Below, one piece after another: positions 46,563 through 56,283 of a stretch of 58,028 bases of DNA (positions are counted from its first letter, which is position 1; the number at the start of each line of letters is the position of its first letter). The stretch lies in assembly GCA_045538595.1 (NCBI GenBank), contig JAZSRS010000007.1:1-58028 (forward strand). The letters run 5' to 3'. The position numbers and the translations under genes are program-made. Below the pieces are notes generated by a model, which searched no databases, was not told the DNA's origin, and was given only the letters and a program-made list of their open reading frames with translations. This DNA is from Faecousia sp. Lineage in GTDB: Bacteria; Bacillota; Clostridia; Oscillospirales; Oscillospiraceae.

Positions 46563-47637
46563 CGGAAGCCACCTCCTTCTTGCCCAGTAGCCGGAGCACT
46601 TTTGTTTTTACTTTCATCTTGAGGGCTGCAATACTCATCTTCAGTTTGGGAGACCAAGTACACAGCATCACCACGATCAGCACCACGGCGTAGAGAATCA
46701 TACGCAAGTCATCCAGGCCGCGGAGCGCCTCCGGCAGCACATACAGAACAGTGGCGGAGATGACAGAGCCAAGGATATTACCCATACCGCCCAGCACCAC
46801 AAACACCAAGATGTTAATAGAACTGTTGAAGTTAAACTTGGTGGCATTCATAGAGGAGAAGTTCAGGCCGAACAACGCGCCTGCCATACCTGCCAAAAAT
46901 GCAGACACCACAAAGGCTTTCATACGGAAAGCAGTCACATTGATACCCACGGATTCCGCAGCGATCCGGTTATCCCGCACTGCCTTGATGGCACGGCCTT
47001 CCTTGGAATTGATCAGGTTCAACACTACGAACAATGTGATGAGGATCAGCACGAAACCGGCGGGGAATGTGGCGATCTTGGTAATGCCGGTGGCGCCCAC
47101 AGGGCCGTCAATGATCATCTTGCCGCCCTCTTTCAGGGTAAATGCACCCACCCGGAAGGCCATATGGAAACCTTCGGAATCTACGCCGGCATAGAGGTTA
47201 CTGAAGATATTCTTCAAAATTTCGCCGCAAGCCAGGGTAACAATGGCCAGATAGTCGCCCCGCAAACGCAGAGCGGGAATGCCGATCACCACGCCGAAGA
47301 TGCCTGCCAGCACACCGCCAACCAGAATAGCGATGGCAAGCCGCAACATCGGATCAGGAATGGTAGATTGCAGGAGTGTGGCGGTGATAATACCGCTGAA
47401 CGCGCCTACGCCCATAAATCCGGCGTGACCCAAACTCAGTTCACCGCAGATACCTACCAGCAAGTTCAGGGAAACAGCCATAACGATATACACGCAGACG
47501 GGAACCAAATATCCTTTTACTGCGCTGCCCAGCATACCAAGGGAGGACAGGATCTGCATCACCACAAAGCCGACGGTTACCAGCAGGTAGATAGAAAGGT
47601 TCTTTCGGAAGGTCTTGTCTTGCAACATTTTTTTCAT
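46555..47637 (-). CDS. livM: Branched-chain amino acid ABC transporter permease
   Basis: GELSLGHAGFMGVGA, LRLRGDYLAIVTL, GRAIKAVRDNRIAAES. Confidence 0.94.
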   Translation of the reverse strand: MKKMLQDKTFRKNLSIYLLVTVGFVVMQILSSLGMLGSAVKGYLVPVCVYIVMAVSLNLLVGICGELSLGHAGFMGVGAFSGIITATLLQSTIPDPMLRLAIAILVGGVLAGIFGVVIGIPALRLRGDYLAIVTLACGEILKNIFSNLYAGVDSEGFHMAFRVGAFTLKEGGKMIIDGPVGATGITKIATFPAGFVLILITLFVVLNLINSKEGRAIKAVRDNRIAAESVGINVTAFRMKAFVVSAFLAGMAGALFGLNFSSMNATKFNFNSSINILVFVVLGGMGNILGSVISATVLYVLPEALRGLDDLRMILYAVVLIVVMLCTWSPKLKMSIAALKMKVKTKVLRLLGKKEVASDE

Positions 47638-47647
47638 GGCAACCACC

Positions 47648-48529
47648 TCACACCTTCTCCTGGACCTGCTTGCCCATCAAACCGGTGGGCTTTACAAGCA
47701 AGATCAAAATCAGGACGCCAAATACGATTGCGTCGCTGAAGTCCGTGGAAATATACTTCTTGCTGAAGGTCTCAATGATACCCAGCAGCACACCGCCCAA
47801 CATTGCGCCGGGCATAGAGCCGATACCGCCCAACACCGCTGCAGTAAAGGCACGGATACCGGGCATAGAGCCGGTGGTAGGCTGCAATGCAGGAACAGTG
47901 GAGCAAAGCAACACGCCTGCTACTGCTGCCAAAGCAGAGCCAATGGCAAAGGTGGTAGAAATGGTGCGGTTCACATTGATGCCCATCAGTTGGGCGGCGT
48001 CTCTGTCCTCAGACACGGCACGCATCGCCTTGCCGGTACGGGTCTTGCCAGTATAAAGTGTCAGACCGATCATAACCAATGCAGAAACCGCTACTGTCAG
48101 GATCACTTCGCCGGTAATGACCAGTCGGCCGCCAGCGATCATAATGGGGCTCATCGTCACCACGCTGGTGAAATTTTTGGGAGCAGTGCCCCAGATCAAT
48201 TGGGCAGCATTCTGCAGGAAGTAACTGACGCCGATGGCGGTGATCAGAACCGCCAGGCTGGGTGTGCCGCGAAGGGGTCTGTAAGCCAGACCTTCGATCA
48301 GGATACCCAAAACCGTACACACCAGCATAGCAACCAGAATTGCCACGACAGAAGGCAGTCCCAAGTAACTGGTTACGCAGAATGATATGTACGCGCCGAC
48401 CATAATGACATCACCGTGGGCAAAGTTCAACATTTTGGCAATGCCGTAAACCAGTGTATAGCCCAAGGCGATGATGGCATAGACAGCGCCGATACTGATA
48501 CCGTTTATGAGATATTGCAGTATTTCCAT
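47648..48529 (-). CDS. livH: Branched-chain amino acid ABC transporter permease
   Basis: YAIIALGYTLVYG..NFAHG, GKAMRAVSED, AAVLGGIGS, KPTGLMG. Confidence 0.95.
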   Translation of the reverse strand: MEILQYLINGISIGAVYAIIALGYTLVYGIAKMLNFAHGDVIMVGAYISFCVTSYLGLPSVVAILVAMLVCTVLGILIEGLAYRPLRGTPSLAVLITAIGVSYFLQNAAQLIWGTAPKNFTSVVTMSPIMIAGGRLVITGEVILTVAVSALVMIGLTLYTGKTRTGKAMRAVSEDRDAAQLMGINVNRTISTTFAIGSALAAVAGVLLCSTVPALQPTTGSMPGIRAFTAAVLGGIGSMPGAMLGGVLLGIIETFSKKYISTDFSDAIVFGVLILILLVKPTGLMGKQVQEKV

Positions 48530-48550
48530 AACAAAGCCTCTCTTTCTCAA

Positions 48551-48635
48551 CAGTCTATGGCAACAACCGGTTTCCGGTCGCTCCCATAGACTGCCGAAGG
48601 ATACGGAGGAATGGGAGGGTCTCCCCTCCCATTCC
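48551..48635 (-). other. Two intergenic hairpins between livK and livH (likely mRNA stability or partial termination)
   Basis: CAGTCTATGG...CCATAGACTG and GGAATGGGAGGG...CCCTCCCATTCC inverted repeats. Confidence 0.55.
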
Positions 48636-48642
48636 AAAACCA

Positions 48643-49785
48643 TTATTTCATATCAACATACTTACCGTTTTCGATCTTCACGGCAGCGGGAACCTTGGAG
48701 ATCATACCACTAGCATCCCAAGTCATATCGGTGCCGGTCATACCGGTGAACTTGTAAGTCTTGAAGTACTCCTGCAGTTTGGTGCAAACTTCAGAAGCGG
48801 GAGTGGTGCCGTCGATCTCAAGAGCAACGCAGGCATTGTAGAGGGAGTAGATCACATCGTAACCGTCAGCGGCAAACTGATTGGGAGTCTCGCCGTTGTT
48901 GGCAGCCTTATACTTCTCTACGAAGGACTTGGTGTTCTCTGCATCGGGGTTGAAGGGAGTCATCAGAACCAAACCTTCTGCCAAGGACTTGTCGAAACCT
49001 TCGATGGTCAGCACGCCGTCCATACCGTCACAGCCGAAGAAAGTAGGCTTGTAGCCGATCTTGTTAGCACTGTTCAGCACCAGAGTGGCCTCTGTTGCGT
49101 AGAAAGGCAGGAATACGAAGTCGCATTCTGCATCCTTACACTGGTTGACCTGAGTGGTCAGGTCGCTCTTGTTCGCCTCGGTGAAGGAGGTTTCCACAAC
49201 GATGTTCAGGTTCAGTTCGGCAGCCTTGTCCTTGAAGCCCTTCATCAGGCCCTTGGAGTAGTCATCGGAGTTGTCGTAGATGATGCCGATCTTGGTACCC
49301 AAATTCTTCTCTGCTACCAACTCAGCGGCGCTGGCGCCTTGGTTGGGGTCGGTAAAGCACATCTGGAAAATATTATTACCGGTGAGAGCAATCTTATCGG
49401 AAGATCCGGAGGGGGTCATCATGAACATATTGTCTTCCACGGTGGTGGGAGCAATTGCCAGACAGGGAGATGTTGTTACTGCGCCGGCAAAGATCTGCAT
49501 ACCCCAGTCCTTCAGGCTGTTATAAGCATTCAGGGCCTTTTCGCCGTCGTGCTCATCATCCTGAGACTTGAAAGCGATCTGCAGACCGCCCTTGGCGTTG
49601 ATCTCCTCAACGGCGATCTTCATACCGGCTTCTACTGCAACACCGTAAACCGCTGCGCCGCCGGTCAGAGGACCGGACATACCGATCTTAATGGTGTTAG
49701 GATCTGTTTCTTCTTTCTTGCCGCAGCCGGCAAACATTGCCAGAACCATAATGGCGGCCAATCCAAAAGCCAATAACTTTTTCAT
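48643..49785 (-). CDS. livK: Branched-chain amino acid ABC transporter binding lipoprotein
   Basis: Lipobox FAGC, IKIGMSGPLTGGAAVYG, EEINAKGG, FQMCFTDPNQG, PNQFAADGYD. Confidence 0.9.
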   Translation of the reverse strand: MKKLLAFGLAAIMVLAMFAGCGKKEETDPNTIKIGMSGPLTGGAAVYGVAVEAGMKIAVEEINAKGGLQIAFKSQDDEHDGEKALNAYNSLKDWGMQIFAGAVTTSPCLAIAPTTVEDNMFMMTPSGSSDKIALTGNNIFQMCFTDPNQGASAAELVAEKNLGTKIGIIYDNSDDYSKGLMKGFKDKAAELNLNIVVETSFTEANKSDLTTQVNQCKDAECDFVFLPFYATEATLVLNSANKIGYKPTFFGCDGMDGVLTIEGFDKSLAEGLVLMTPFNPDAENTKSFVEKYKAANNGETPNQFAADGYDVIYSLYNACVALEIDGTTPASEVCTKLQEYFKTYKFTGMTGTDMTWDASGMISKVPAAVKIENGKYVDMK

Positions 49786-49844
49786 ATTCTTTTCCTCCTG
49801 ATCAACATTTTTTAATTTTAGGTTCATACAAAAAAGATGTGCTT

Positions 49845-49873
49845 ATTGTATCTCTCAGACGAACATTTGTCAA
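49845..49873 (-). promoter_or_regulatory. Sigma-A promoter of the liv operon
   Basis: TTGACA-17 nt-TACAAT. Confidence 0.7.
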
Positions 49874-49934
49874 TCACAAAAATACAAATAATTGGATTCT
49901 ATTTGCAATTTTTTGCAAAATTTACCGTATTCTG

Positions 49935-51299
49935 TCAGGATATCACCTTTTTGGCTGCCTCCAGCACCTGAGATGCGATGGGAACGCACACGGCTCTGCC
50001 GTAACCGGCATCCTCCACGCATACGATGAATGCCAAAGGAAGGTTTTCGTCCTGCACAAAACCTGCCAGCATAGCATTGGGCTTCTTGCCGCCGTCCACT
50101 TCGCCGGTACCGGTTTTGGCGCCTACAGTAAGGCCGGGAAAATTTTCCGCGCCGTACTTGACGGCCACATTATTTTGCATATATTCCTGCACCGTCTTGG
50201 CCGTCTTGGCAGACAGGATTCGGTCTCCGGAACGAGTCTTTGCGTCATAGGTGCGGTTGTTGTTCACAGAAATTTCTTCCACCAAGTAGGGCTGAGTAAC
50301 CTTTCCATCATTGGCGATGGCGCTCATAAAGGTCAAAAAAGCGCAGGGATTTACCAAGTCTCTGTGCTGGCCTACGGCGCTCCAAGCCAAGTTGATATCC
50401 TCACCGCCCAGGATTTCAAAATTACCTTTTACTGTGGTGATACCGTCAAAGGAAATGGCCTGGGTGATGCCAAATTTCTCCACATAACTCCGGTAAGTTT
50501 CCTCTCCCATTTGCAGAGCAATTTGGGCAAAGGCGCAGTTGCAGGAGTTGCAGAACGCCTGCTTCAAGGTCTGCTCCCAATGGGGATCTTCACAGGTCAC
50601 TTCCTGATCGCCTACTTTCAAACTGCCGGTACAAGCAAAGGTCTGCCCTGCGATGGCAGGGTCATGTTCCAGTGCCGCAGCCAAGGTAACGATCTTGAAA
50701 ATCGAGCCGGGAATATAGGCCGACTGGAGAAAGCGGTTTACATAAAGTCCCTCATACTGGGAATCTCCCTCGGTAAACTGAGGTACATTATCCGGGTCAT
50801 AGGTGGGGGTGGTCACCGCGCAGAGCAGTTGACCGGTTTTGTAATTATACACCGCCACAGTACCCTTGTGTTCTCCCATGGCCTCCAATGCCGCCATTTG
50901 CATAGTAGACGAAAGCGTCAGTTCCGCCACACCGCCGGTCTGTCCGTAGTTATACACGCCGCTGATCAGATCGTAACCTGCCATTTGCGCGGCATAATAC
51001 GAAAGGGACGGGGCGCTGATACTACCAAAGCGGTCACCCACCCAATGGACTGTAGACTGCCGTAGGGGCAAAAGATTGGAATACATACGGCCGTCATTTA
51101 AGTCCAGCAGCAGAGCGCCTTCCCTGTCTACCACCACGCCGCAGCCGATATTGCCGCCGTTATACACATGGGGAGAGCCAGGGAACACCACCCAGTCATC
51201 GGATTTAACCAGGTATTCCACCAAGAAGAACACCACGCCGCCGATCAGCAGGCCAATGATCAAAAACAGAGCCAAAGCCCGGGATGCGATTCTATTCAT
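49935..51299 (-). CDS. Class B penicillin-binding protein (transpeptidase)
   Basis: N-terminal TM; SxxK (PGSIFK), SxN (SCN), KTG (AKTGT). Start at ATG 51299, overlapping the upstream gene. Confidence 0.92.
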   Translation of the reverse strand: MNRIASRALALFLIIGLLIGGVVFFLVEYLVKSDDWVVFPGSPHVYNGGNIGCGVVVDREGALLLDLNDGRMYSNLLPLRQSTVHWVGDRFGSISAPSLSYYAAQMAGYDLISGVYNYGQTGGVAELTLSSTMQMAALEAMGEHKGTVAVYNYKTGQLLCAVTTPTYDPDNVPQFTEGDSQYEGLYVNRFLQSAYIPGSIFKIVTLAAALEHDPAIAGQTFACTGSLKVGDQEVTCEDPHWEQTLKQAFCNSCNCAFAQIALQMGEETYRSYVEKFGITQAISFDGITTVKGNFEILGGEDINLAWSAVGQHRDLVNPCAFLTFMSAIANDGKVTQPYLVEEISVNNNRTYDAKTRSGDRILSAKTAKTVQEYMQNNVAVKYGAENFPGLTVGAKTGTGEVDGGKKPNAMLAGFVQDENLPLAFIVCVEDAGYGRAVCVPIASQVLEAAKKVIS

Positions 51300-53013
51300 C
51301 CTCCTGGCCTCCCCTCTTATGCAGACGCACCGCAAAACTGGCATTCTGGCGGGTGTCTGCGGCTTTGATGAAGGCAAGCAGTCCCCAAGCGCAGATCATA
51401 CTGGAGCCGCCGTTAGACAAAAACGGGAATGTCACACCAGTCAGGGGCAGCACATCCACCGTACCCAGCACATTCAGGATCACCTGCACTGTCATAATAG
51501 CCGCTGCGGTACAACTGCCGATGGTATAGTAACTGCTGCGGCTCACTGCGGCAGACCGGATCACGAACAGCACAAGGCCTACCACTGCAATCAGCAGGAA
51601 TAGGACCATCACCAGTCCCCATTCCTCTCCCACGGTGGCGATAACCACATCAGAATCCGCCGCAAATACATTTTTCATCCAGCCCCTGCCTGCGCCCAAT
51701 CCGAAGAAACCGCCGGATACCAGGCACATAAGTGCGCGAGTTTGCTGATAGCCGCCGTCCAAAGGCATCTCCCAAATATGCCGCCAAGAGGAAAATCTAC
51801 GCAGAGCGTGAGGCGCAATCCGCAGCGCAAGCACACCGGCAAAGGCCAATGCAGCCACTGCCAATCCGATTGTTCCCACGCTGCCGGAACGCATATAGGC
51901 AATGACCAAAAATGCGGCGAAGAAGATCAGCGCTGTACCAAAATCATTCATCAGCGCAAGGCAGCCGCACAGGATGCCGGAATAGGCAATGAACAGGATC
52001 AGGTTTCTCTTTTTCATCAGGCGATCCATGGTAGATGCGCCAACAAACACGAAGCAAACCTTACTCAGTTCTGAAAGCTGCAGCGAGAACGAGCCGATTA
52101 CAAGCCAGTTCTTAGCACCATAGTATTCCTGACCGAACACCAACGTGATCAGTAGGAATCCCAGACCGGCAACCCCTGCAAGGTAACGGATCTTCTTGGC
52201 CCGTTCCAAATCCCGCAGGCACCAACCGGATAGCAGAAACACTGCCAATCCCAGCACAATGGCGATCAGTTGCTTGACAGTTTCCTGAGGCACTACCGCC
52301 GCTATGGCTGTCATACCCAATGTGCTTAAAAAGAACGCAATGGATTCCACCTCAAAAGAAGTTCTGTGGATACACACATAGAACAGCAACAGCAACCACT
52401 GCAACACCATAATGCCTGCAAATCCGATCAGCACGGATTGGGCGGTTTCACTTTTGCCGTTCATCAGGTAAGCAAGGCAGCAAAGGGATTGGAACACGGT
52501 GAGTATCAAAACATTGATCAGGCTGGCAAAAAAAGACGAGCCTTTTGTCCGCAATTTGGCCAAGATCTGTTCTTGCTTCTGGGAGATCGGCTCCAGCCGC
52601 ATATCCACACCACCGATGGTAATTACATCTTTGGGTCCCAGCGCCCATATCTTCACCTTTCTGCCGTTGACCTGAATGCCGTCGGAAGAGTCGGAATCGC
52701 TGACAGTCCAACTGCCATCGTCATACCGGGTGAGAACACCGTGGGTACGGGAAACGGTGGGAACATTGATCACAATATCACTGCGTTTGCTGCGGCCAAT
52801 AGTATTTTCCCAATGGGTGATAGGGAGTTTCGTACCGTCCCGCAGGCACAGCCACGCCCAGATCTCCGGCTCACGCCGGAAGGTCAGCAGCGGCAATAAA
52901 CACCGAAACAGAAGTATGAATGCCATAATGGGAGCGCCATACCGCAAAATACCTACCAGCACATTGGAATAGGTACTCTGCGCCGTTTGCAATGTATGAA
53001 AAAATTGCTCCAT
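51292..53013 (-). CDS. FtsW/RodA/SpoVE (SEDS) glycosyltransferase with fused N-terminal FHA domain
   Basis: FHA: NTIGRSKRSDIVI..VSRTHG..GIQVNG. SEDS: GAKNWL..QLSELSK, DFGTAL, GYQQ, SGGFFGLG, LPLTGVTFPFLSNGGSS. Confidence 0.9.
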   Translation of the reverse strand: MEQFFHTLQTAQSTYSNVLVGILRYGAPIMAFILLFRCLLPLLTFRREPEIWAWLCLRDGTKLPITHWENTIGRSKRSDIVINVPTVSRTHGVLTRYDDGSWTVSDSDSSDGIQVNGRKVKIWALGPKDVITIGGVDMRLEPISQKQEQILAKLRTKGSSFFASLINVLILTVFQSLCCLAYLMNGKSETAQSVLIGFAGIMVLQWLLLLFYVCIHRTSFEVESIAFFLSTLGMTAIAAVVPQETVKQLIAIVLGLAVFLLSGWCLRDLERAKKIRYLAGVAGLGFLLITLVFGQEYYGAKNWLVIGSFSLQLSELSKVCFVFVGASTMDRLMKKRNLILFIAYSGILCGCLALMNDFGTALIFFAAFLVIAYMRSGSVGTIGLAVAALAFAGVLALRIAPHALRRFSSWRHIWEMPLDGGYQQTRALMCLVSGGFFGLGAGRGWMKNVFAADSDVVIATVGEEWGLVMVLFLLIAVVGLVLFVIRSAAVSRSSYYTIGSCTAAAIMTVQVILNVLGTVDVLPLTGVTFPFLSNGGSSMICAWGLLAFIKAADTRQNASFAVRLHKRGGQEDE

Positions 53014-53044
53014 ATCCACACCTCCTTGTTGTTATTCTTGAAGT

Positions 53045-53875
53045 TTACGCCTGTTCCATCTGCCGCAACAGAGCGATCTCCTTGGCGTAGTCCGGCAGTT
53101 CGTTGGGGGTCTCCAAAATCATCGGCTTTCCCTTTAATTTGGGATGATTGACGATGTTCCGGAATGTCTCCAGTCCCAGACTGCCGCTGCCGATACATTC
53201 GTGCCGGTCTTTATGGCTGGCAAAGGGATTTTTGGAATCGTTCAGATGCAATGCCTGCAGCCGGTCCAGGCCTATAATCTCGTCAAATTCTTGTAATACG
53301 CCGTCTAAGTCATTTACAATATCGTAGCCGGCGTCGTATACATGGCAAGTGTCCATGCACACACCTACTCTTTCACTGCCCACACCGTCAATAATGGCTT
53401 TCAGTTCTTCAAAACGACCGCCTACCTCGCTACCCTTTCCTGCCATCGTCTCCAGCAGCACGGTGACCGGGGCATCTTGTTCCATGGCGTACTGCAGAGC
53501 CGCAACGATCTGCCGGATTCCCTCATCCACACCCTGACCCACATGGCTGCCCGGGTGGAAATTATAGAAGTTACCAGGGAGAAATCCCATACGGTATAGA
53601 TCGTCTTTGAGAATATCCCACGCAAACAGCCGGTCTTTTTCCCTAGCAGTACACAGGTTCATAGTATACGCACCGTGGGCGACCAGTTTGCCAAAACCGT
53701 TTTGGCTCAGCAGTTCCATCGCCTCTTCACAGTCGGCAATGTCCAGTTCCTTGGCCCGGGAGCCACGGGGATTGCGGGTAAAGAACGCAAAGGTGTTGGC
53801 ATCCAGTTTCTTGGCGGTATGTATCATTGCCACATTGCCGTTGGAGGCAGACAGGTGGCAGCCGATATACAACAT
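53045..53875 (-). CDS. nfo: Endonuclease IV
   Basis: [52 protein letters not shown]. Confidence 0.96.
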   Translation of the reverse strand: MLYIGCHLSASNGNVAMIHTAKKLDANTFAFFTRNPRGSRAKELDIADCEEAMELLSQNGFGKLVAHGAYTMNLCTAREKDRLFAWDILKDDLYRMGFLPGNFYNFHPGSHVGQGVDEGIRQIVAALQYAMEQDAPVTVLLETMAGKGSEVGGRFEELKAIIDGVGSERVGVCMDTCHVYDAGYDIVNDLDGVLQEFDEIIGLDRLQALHLNDSKNPFASHKDRHECIGSGSLGLETFRNIVNHPKLKGKPMILETPNELPDYAKEIALLRQMEQA

Positions 53876-53973
53876 ACATATCCTCTCCTTTGCTCATTAC
53901 AATACCACAAAACCGGGAAAAATGCAAATCTGTCCTCTTCTGCTTTATCACAGGAGGACAGATTATCTAATTT

Positions 53974-54192
53974 CTATTTGAATGATTTCGGTGTGTTGAT
54001 CAAACCGATGATATAATCAGCCGACAGATTATAAAATTGGCATAATTTGACTAAGTCCTCAATTTTTAATTCTGCTCTGCCTGTTTCAATATGATTATAT
54101 CCCTGTTGCGTCTTATTTAGTAAAGTTCCTATTTGGGCTTGGGTGAAATCACGATCTTCCCGAATGTTACGAATTCTTGTTCTGTAATCCAT
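53974..54192 (-). CDS. XRE/Cro-CI family HTH regulator
   Basis: RIRNIREDRDFTQAQIG..TQQGYNHIETG...SADYIIG; GGAGG RBS. Confidence 0.9.
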   Translation of the reverse strand: MDYRTRIRNIREDRDFTQAQIGTLLNKTQQGYNHIETGRAELKIEDLVKLCQFYNLSADYIIGLINTPKSFK

Positions 54193-54228
54193 AATTTGTC
54201 CTCCTGTAGCCTTTTTGCCATAGTAACA

Positions 54229-54274
54229 TACTCATATTTTGAGTATTGACATTTACTCAAAGATTGAGTATTAT
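54229..54274. promoter_or_regulatory. Two TACTCA-N5-TGAGTA palindromes interleaved with a TTGACA-17-TATTAT promoter
   Basis: Palindromes at 54229-54245 and 54254-54270; -35 at 54246-54251 and -10 at 54269-54274 on the + strand. Confidence 0.75.
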
Positions 54275-54293
54275 AGGCAAGGGTGCAGGACTT

Positions 54294-54713
54294 ATGACGA
54301 GACGATATGCCAATATTTTTATAAGTGCGGTCAGTTTACTTTTCGGCTGTCTGTTGTATGTCCTGTTTCGGGAAAACACATATATTGGAAGACTGTTTTC
54401 AGGCATTCCTTGCATTACTCCGCTTCGTATATGGTTTGCACCATTATCCTGTGATTTTCTGATCTTTTACTTTCCGGATTTTCTCTGGGGCGTATCTCTC
54501 GGATTTGGATTGCAAGCATTGTTTGCCGCTGGCAAGCTGGAAACTTTGTGTTGCGGGTGCGCTGCTTTTCTCAGCGGATTGGTTTGGGAATGTTTGCAGT
54601 TTTGCGGTATTGTTTCAGGAACGGGTGATCTTTGGGATATTGTTTCCTATTTCTGCGCCGCTACAATTTGTGTTACTTTTAATTTAAGGAGAGAGGACAA
54701 TGAAGAAAAATAA
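54294..54713 (+). CDS. Small multi-TM membrane protein (VanZ/DUF2809-like)
   Basis: About four hydrophobic segments; FPDFLW, WECLQ, GTGDLWD. ATG at 54294 lies downstream of the promoter. Confidence 0.7.
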   Translation: MTRRYANIFISAVSLLFGCLLYVLFRENTYIGRLFSGIPCITPLRIWFAPLSCDFLIFYFPDFLWGVSLGFGLQALFAAGKLETLCCGCAAFLSGLVWECLQFCGIVSGTGDLWDIVSYFCAATICVTFNLRREDNEEK

Positions 54714-55206
54714 GTGGATTTTAGCAATTTTGTTGATCACGGCGTTTTTTATCTTCACCGCAGGCAGCGGCGAGAGCAGCGGTGAAGGCAGTACATCTGA
54801 TCAAGTTAGCGATAGTGTAAGCACCACAGGAAAAGGCAATGACACCATCGGTGAATACTCTTTGGTCATCGACAGTTGCCGATTGGCTGAGGATTATGAG
54901 GGCAAGGATGTTATCATTGTAAAATACATCTTTACCAATGTAGCAGATGATGATGCCACCTCCTTTACACTTGCCTTTATTGATTCAGCCTATCAAAACG
55001 GTGTGGAACTAAATCACGCCTATATTCTAGATGAAAACGCAAACTATGATTCCGATAATCAGAGCAAGGCCATCAAGAAAGGCACATCTCTGGAGGTTGA
55101 AGTGGCTTATAAATTGAATGACAGCACCACCGAGGTGGAAGTCGAAGTAGAAGAGTTGTTTAGTTTTAGCGATAACAAACTGGTGAAGAAATTCTCCATT
55201 TCCTGA
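54700..55206 (+). CDS. Membrane-anchored acidic extracellular protein, DUF5067/DUF4352-like
   Basis: N-terminal TM, Ser/Gly linker, VKYIFTN..SF..AYQNGVEL..IKKGTSLEVEVAYKL; AAGGAG RBS. Confidence 0.75.
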   Translation: MKKNKWILAILLITAFFIFTAGSGESSGEGSTSDQVSDSVSTTGKGNDTIGEYSLVIDSCRLAEDYEGKDVIIVKYIFTNVADDDATSFTLAFIDSAYQNGVELNHAYILDENANYDSDNQSKAIKKGTSLEVEVAYKLNDSTTEVEVEVEELFSFSDNKLVKKFSIS

Positions 55207-55216
55207 CAAATTATTT

Positions 55217-55246
55217 GTGCCGACCCTTTCCGGTCGGCACTTTTCT
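55217..55246 (+). terminator. Intrinsic terminator
   Basis: GTGCCGACC-CTTTCC-GGTCGGCAC followed by TTTTCT. Confidence 0.8.
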
Positions 55247-55328
55247 ATGACATAAACTGCAATTTCCCTCTTGTTTTTTTGCAAGTGTGGGGTTATAATA
55301 CGGAAAGAATGTTATAGGAGGTCAAATT

Positions 55329-55562
55329 ATGGCTGTAAAAATTGAAAAAAACACCATTATCGGTGATATTCTGGATATCGCACCGCAGGCTGCTCCCCTG
55401 TTCTTTGCCATCGGTATGCATTGCCTGGGTTGCCCCTCTGCACGGGGCGAGACCGTTGAGGAAGCCTGCGCCGTTCACGGCATCGACTGCGATCCTTTCC
55501 TGGCCCAGTTGAATCACTTCCTGGAAGCCTATGAGGCTGATCAGGCCGCAAAAGCAGAGTAA
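55329..55562 (+). CDS. DUF1858 domain (hybrid-cluster-associated redox disulfide) protein
   Basis: IGDIL...GMHCLGCPSARGETVEEACAVHGID; GGAGG RBS; TATAAT at 55294-55299. Confidence 0.9.
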   Translation: MAVKIEKNTIIGDILDIAPQAAPLFFAIGMHCLGCPSARGETVEEACAVHGIDCDPFLAQLNHFLEAYEADQAAKAE

Positions 55563-55620
55563 ATAACCGGCTATGCCATCCCGTCTTTGCCGGGGTGGCA
55601 TATTCTTTATGAGGTGTAGT

Positions 55621-56283
55621 ATGAAGATTCCCCTATCCGGCCGACTGCTGGCCTGTTGCCAATATATCAAGTCCGGAGATCGGATTGCAGACATCGGTTG
55701 TGACCACGGTTATCTTGGCATTTATCTGCTGAGAAACGGCATTGCAGATCAGGTGATCGCTGCCGACATCAACGAAGGCCCTTTACAAAACGCCTTACGG
55801 AACAGTGAAAAATTCGGCGTACGGGACAAGATGACCTTTTATCTCTCTGACGGCGCTAAGAATATTCCCCGGGATTTTGATGTGTTGGTATGCGCCGGTA
55901 TGGGCGGAGATACGATGGTATCTATTCTGTCTGCCGCTCCCTGGCTAAAAAATGAGAACTATCGCCTGATTCTCCAATGTCAATCCAAAACCCCCATGTT
56001 GCGACAATATCTGTCAGAGACCGGGTGGTATATCCGGCAGGAACAGGTATTGAAAGACGGTAAATTTCTTTATACTGTGATGGAAGTCATTTGGCAGCCC
56101 GGTCATACGCTGACGCCCGGAGAGTGTTATTTCCCGCCGGTACTAAAGAAAAATGAATATCTGTCCGCCTACTATCAGTGGGTAATAGGTGGATTGGAGA
56201 TGATCGTATCCAATCAGAAAGAACTGGCCGACCCCTTTAAGGTAGCGGCTTTGAAAGAACTGCGAAAGAAGGAATATGCATGA
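55621..56283 (+). CDS. trmK: tRNA (adenine(22)-N1)-methyltransferase
   Basis: LSGRL, ADIGCDHGYL, AADINEGPL, LSDG, AGMGG, LILQ; upstream of nif3. Confidence 0.9.
   Translation: MKIPLSGRLLACCQYIKSGDRIADIGCDHGYLGIYLLRNGIADQVIAADINEGPLQNALRNSEKFGVRDKMTFYLSDGAKNIPRDFDVLVCAGMGGDTMVSILSAAPWLKNENYRLILQCQSKTPMLRQYLSETGWYIRQEQVLKDGKFLYTVMEVIWQPGHTLTPGECYFPPVLKKNEYLSAYYQWVIGGLEMIVSNQKELADPFKVAALKELRKKEYA

Noticed and set aside
49905-49925. CodY box upstream of the liv operon
   Set aside because: The best match has four mismatches to AATTTTCWGAAAATT in AT-rich DNA.
53974-55206. Prophage
   Set aside because: No integrase, structural or replication genes and no att-like repeats were seen; it is kept only as a small regulated islet.
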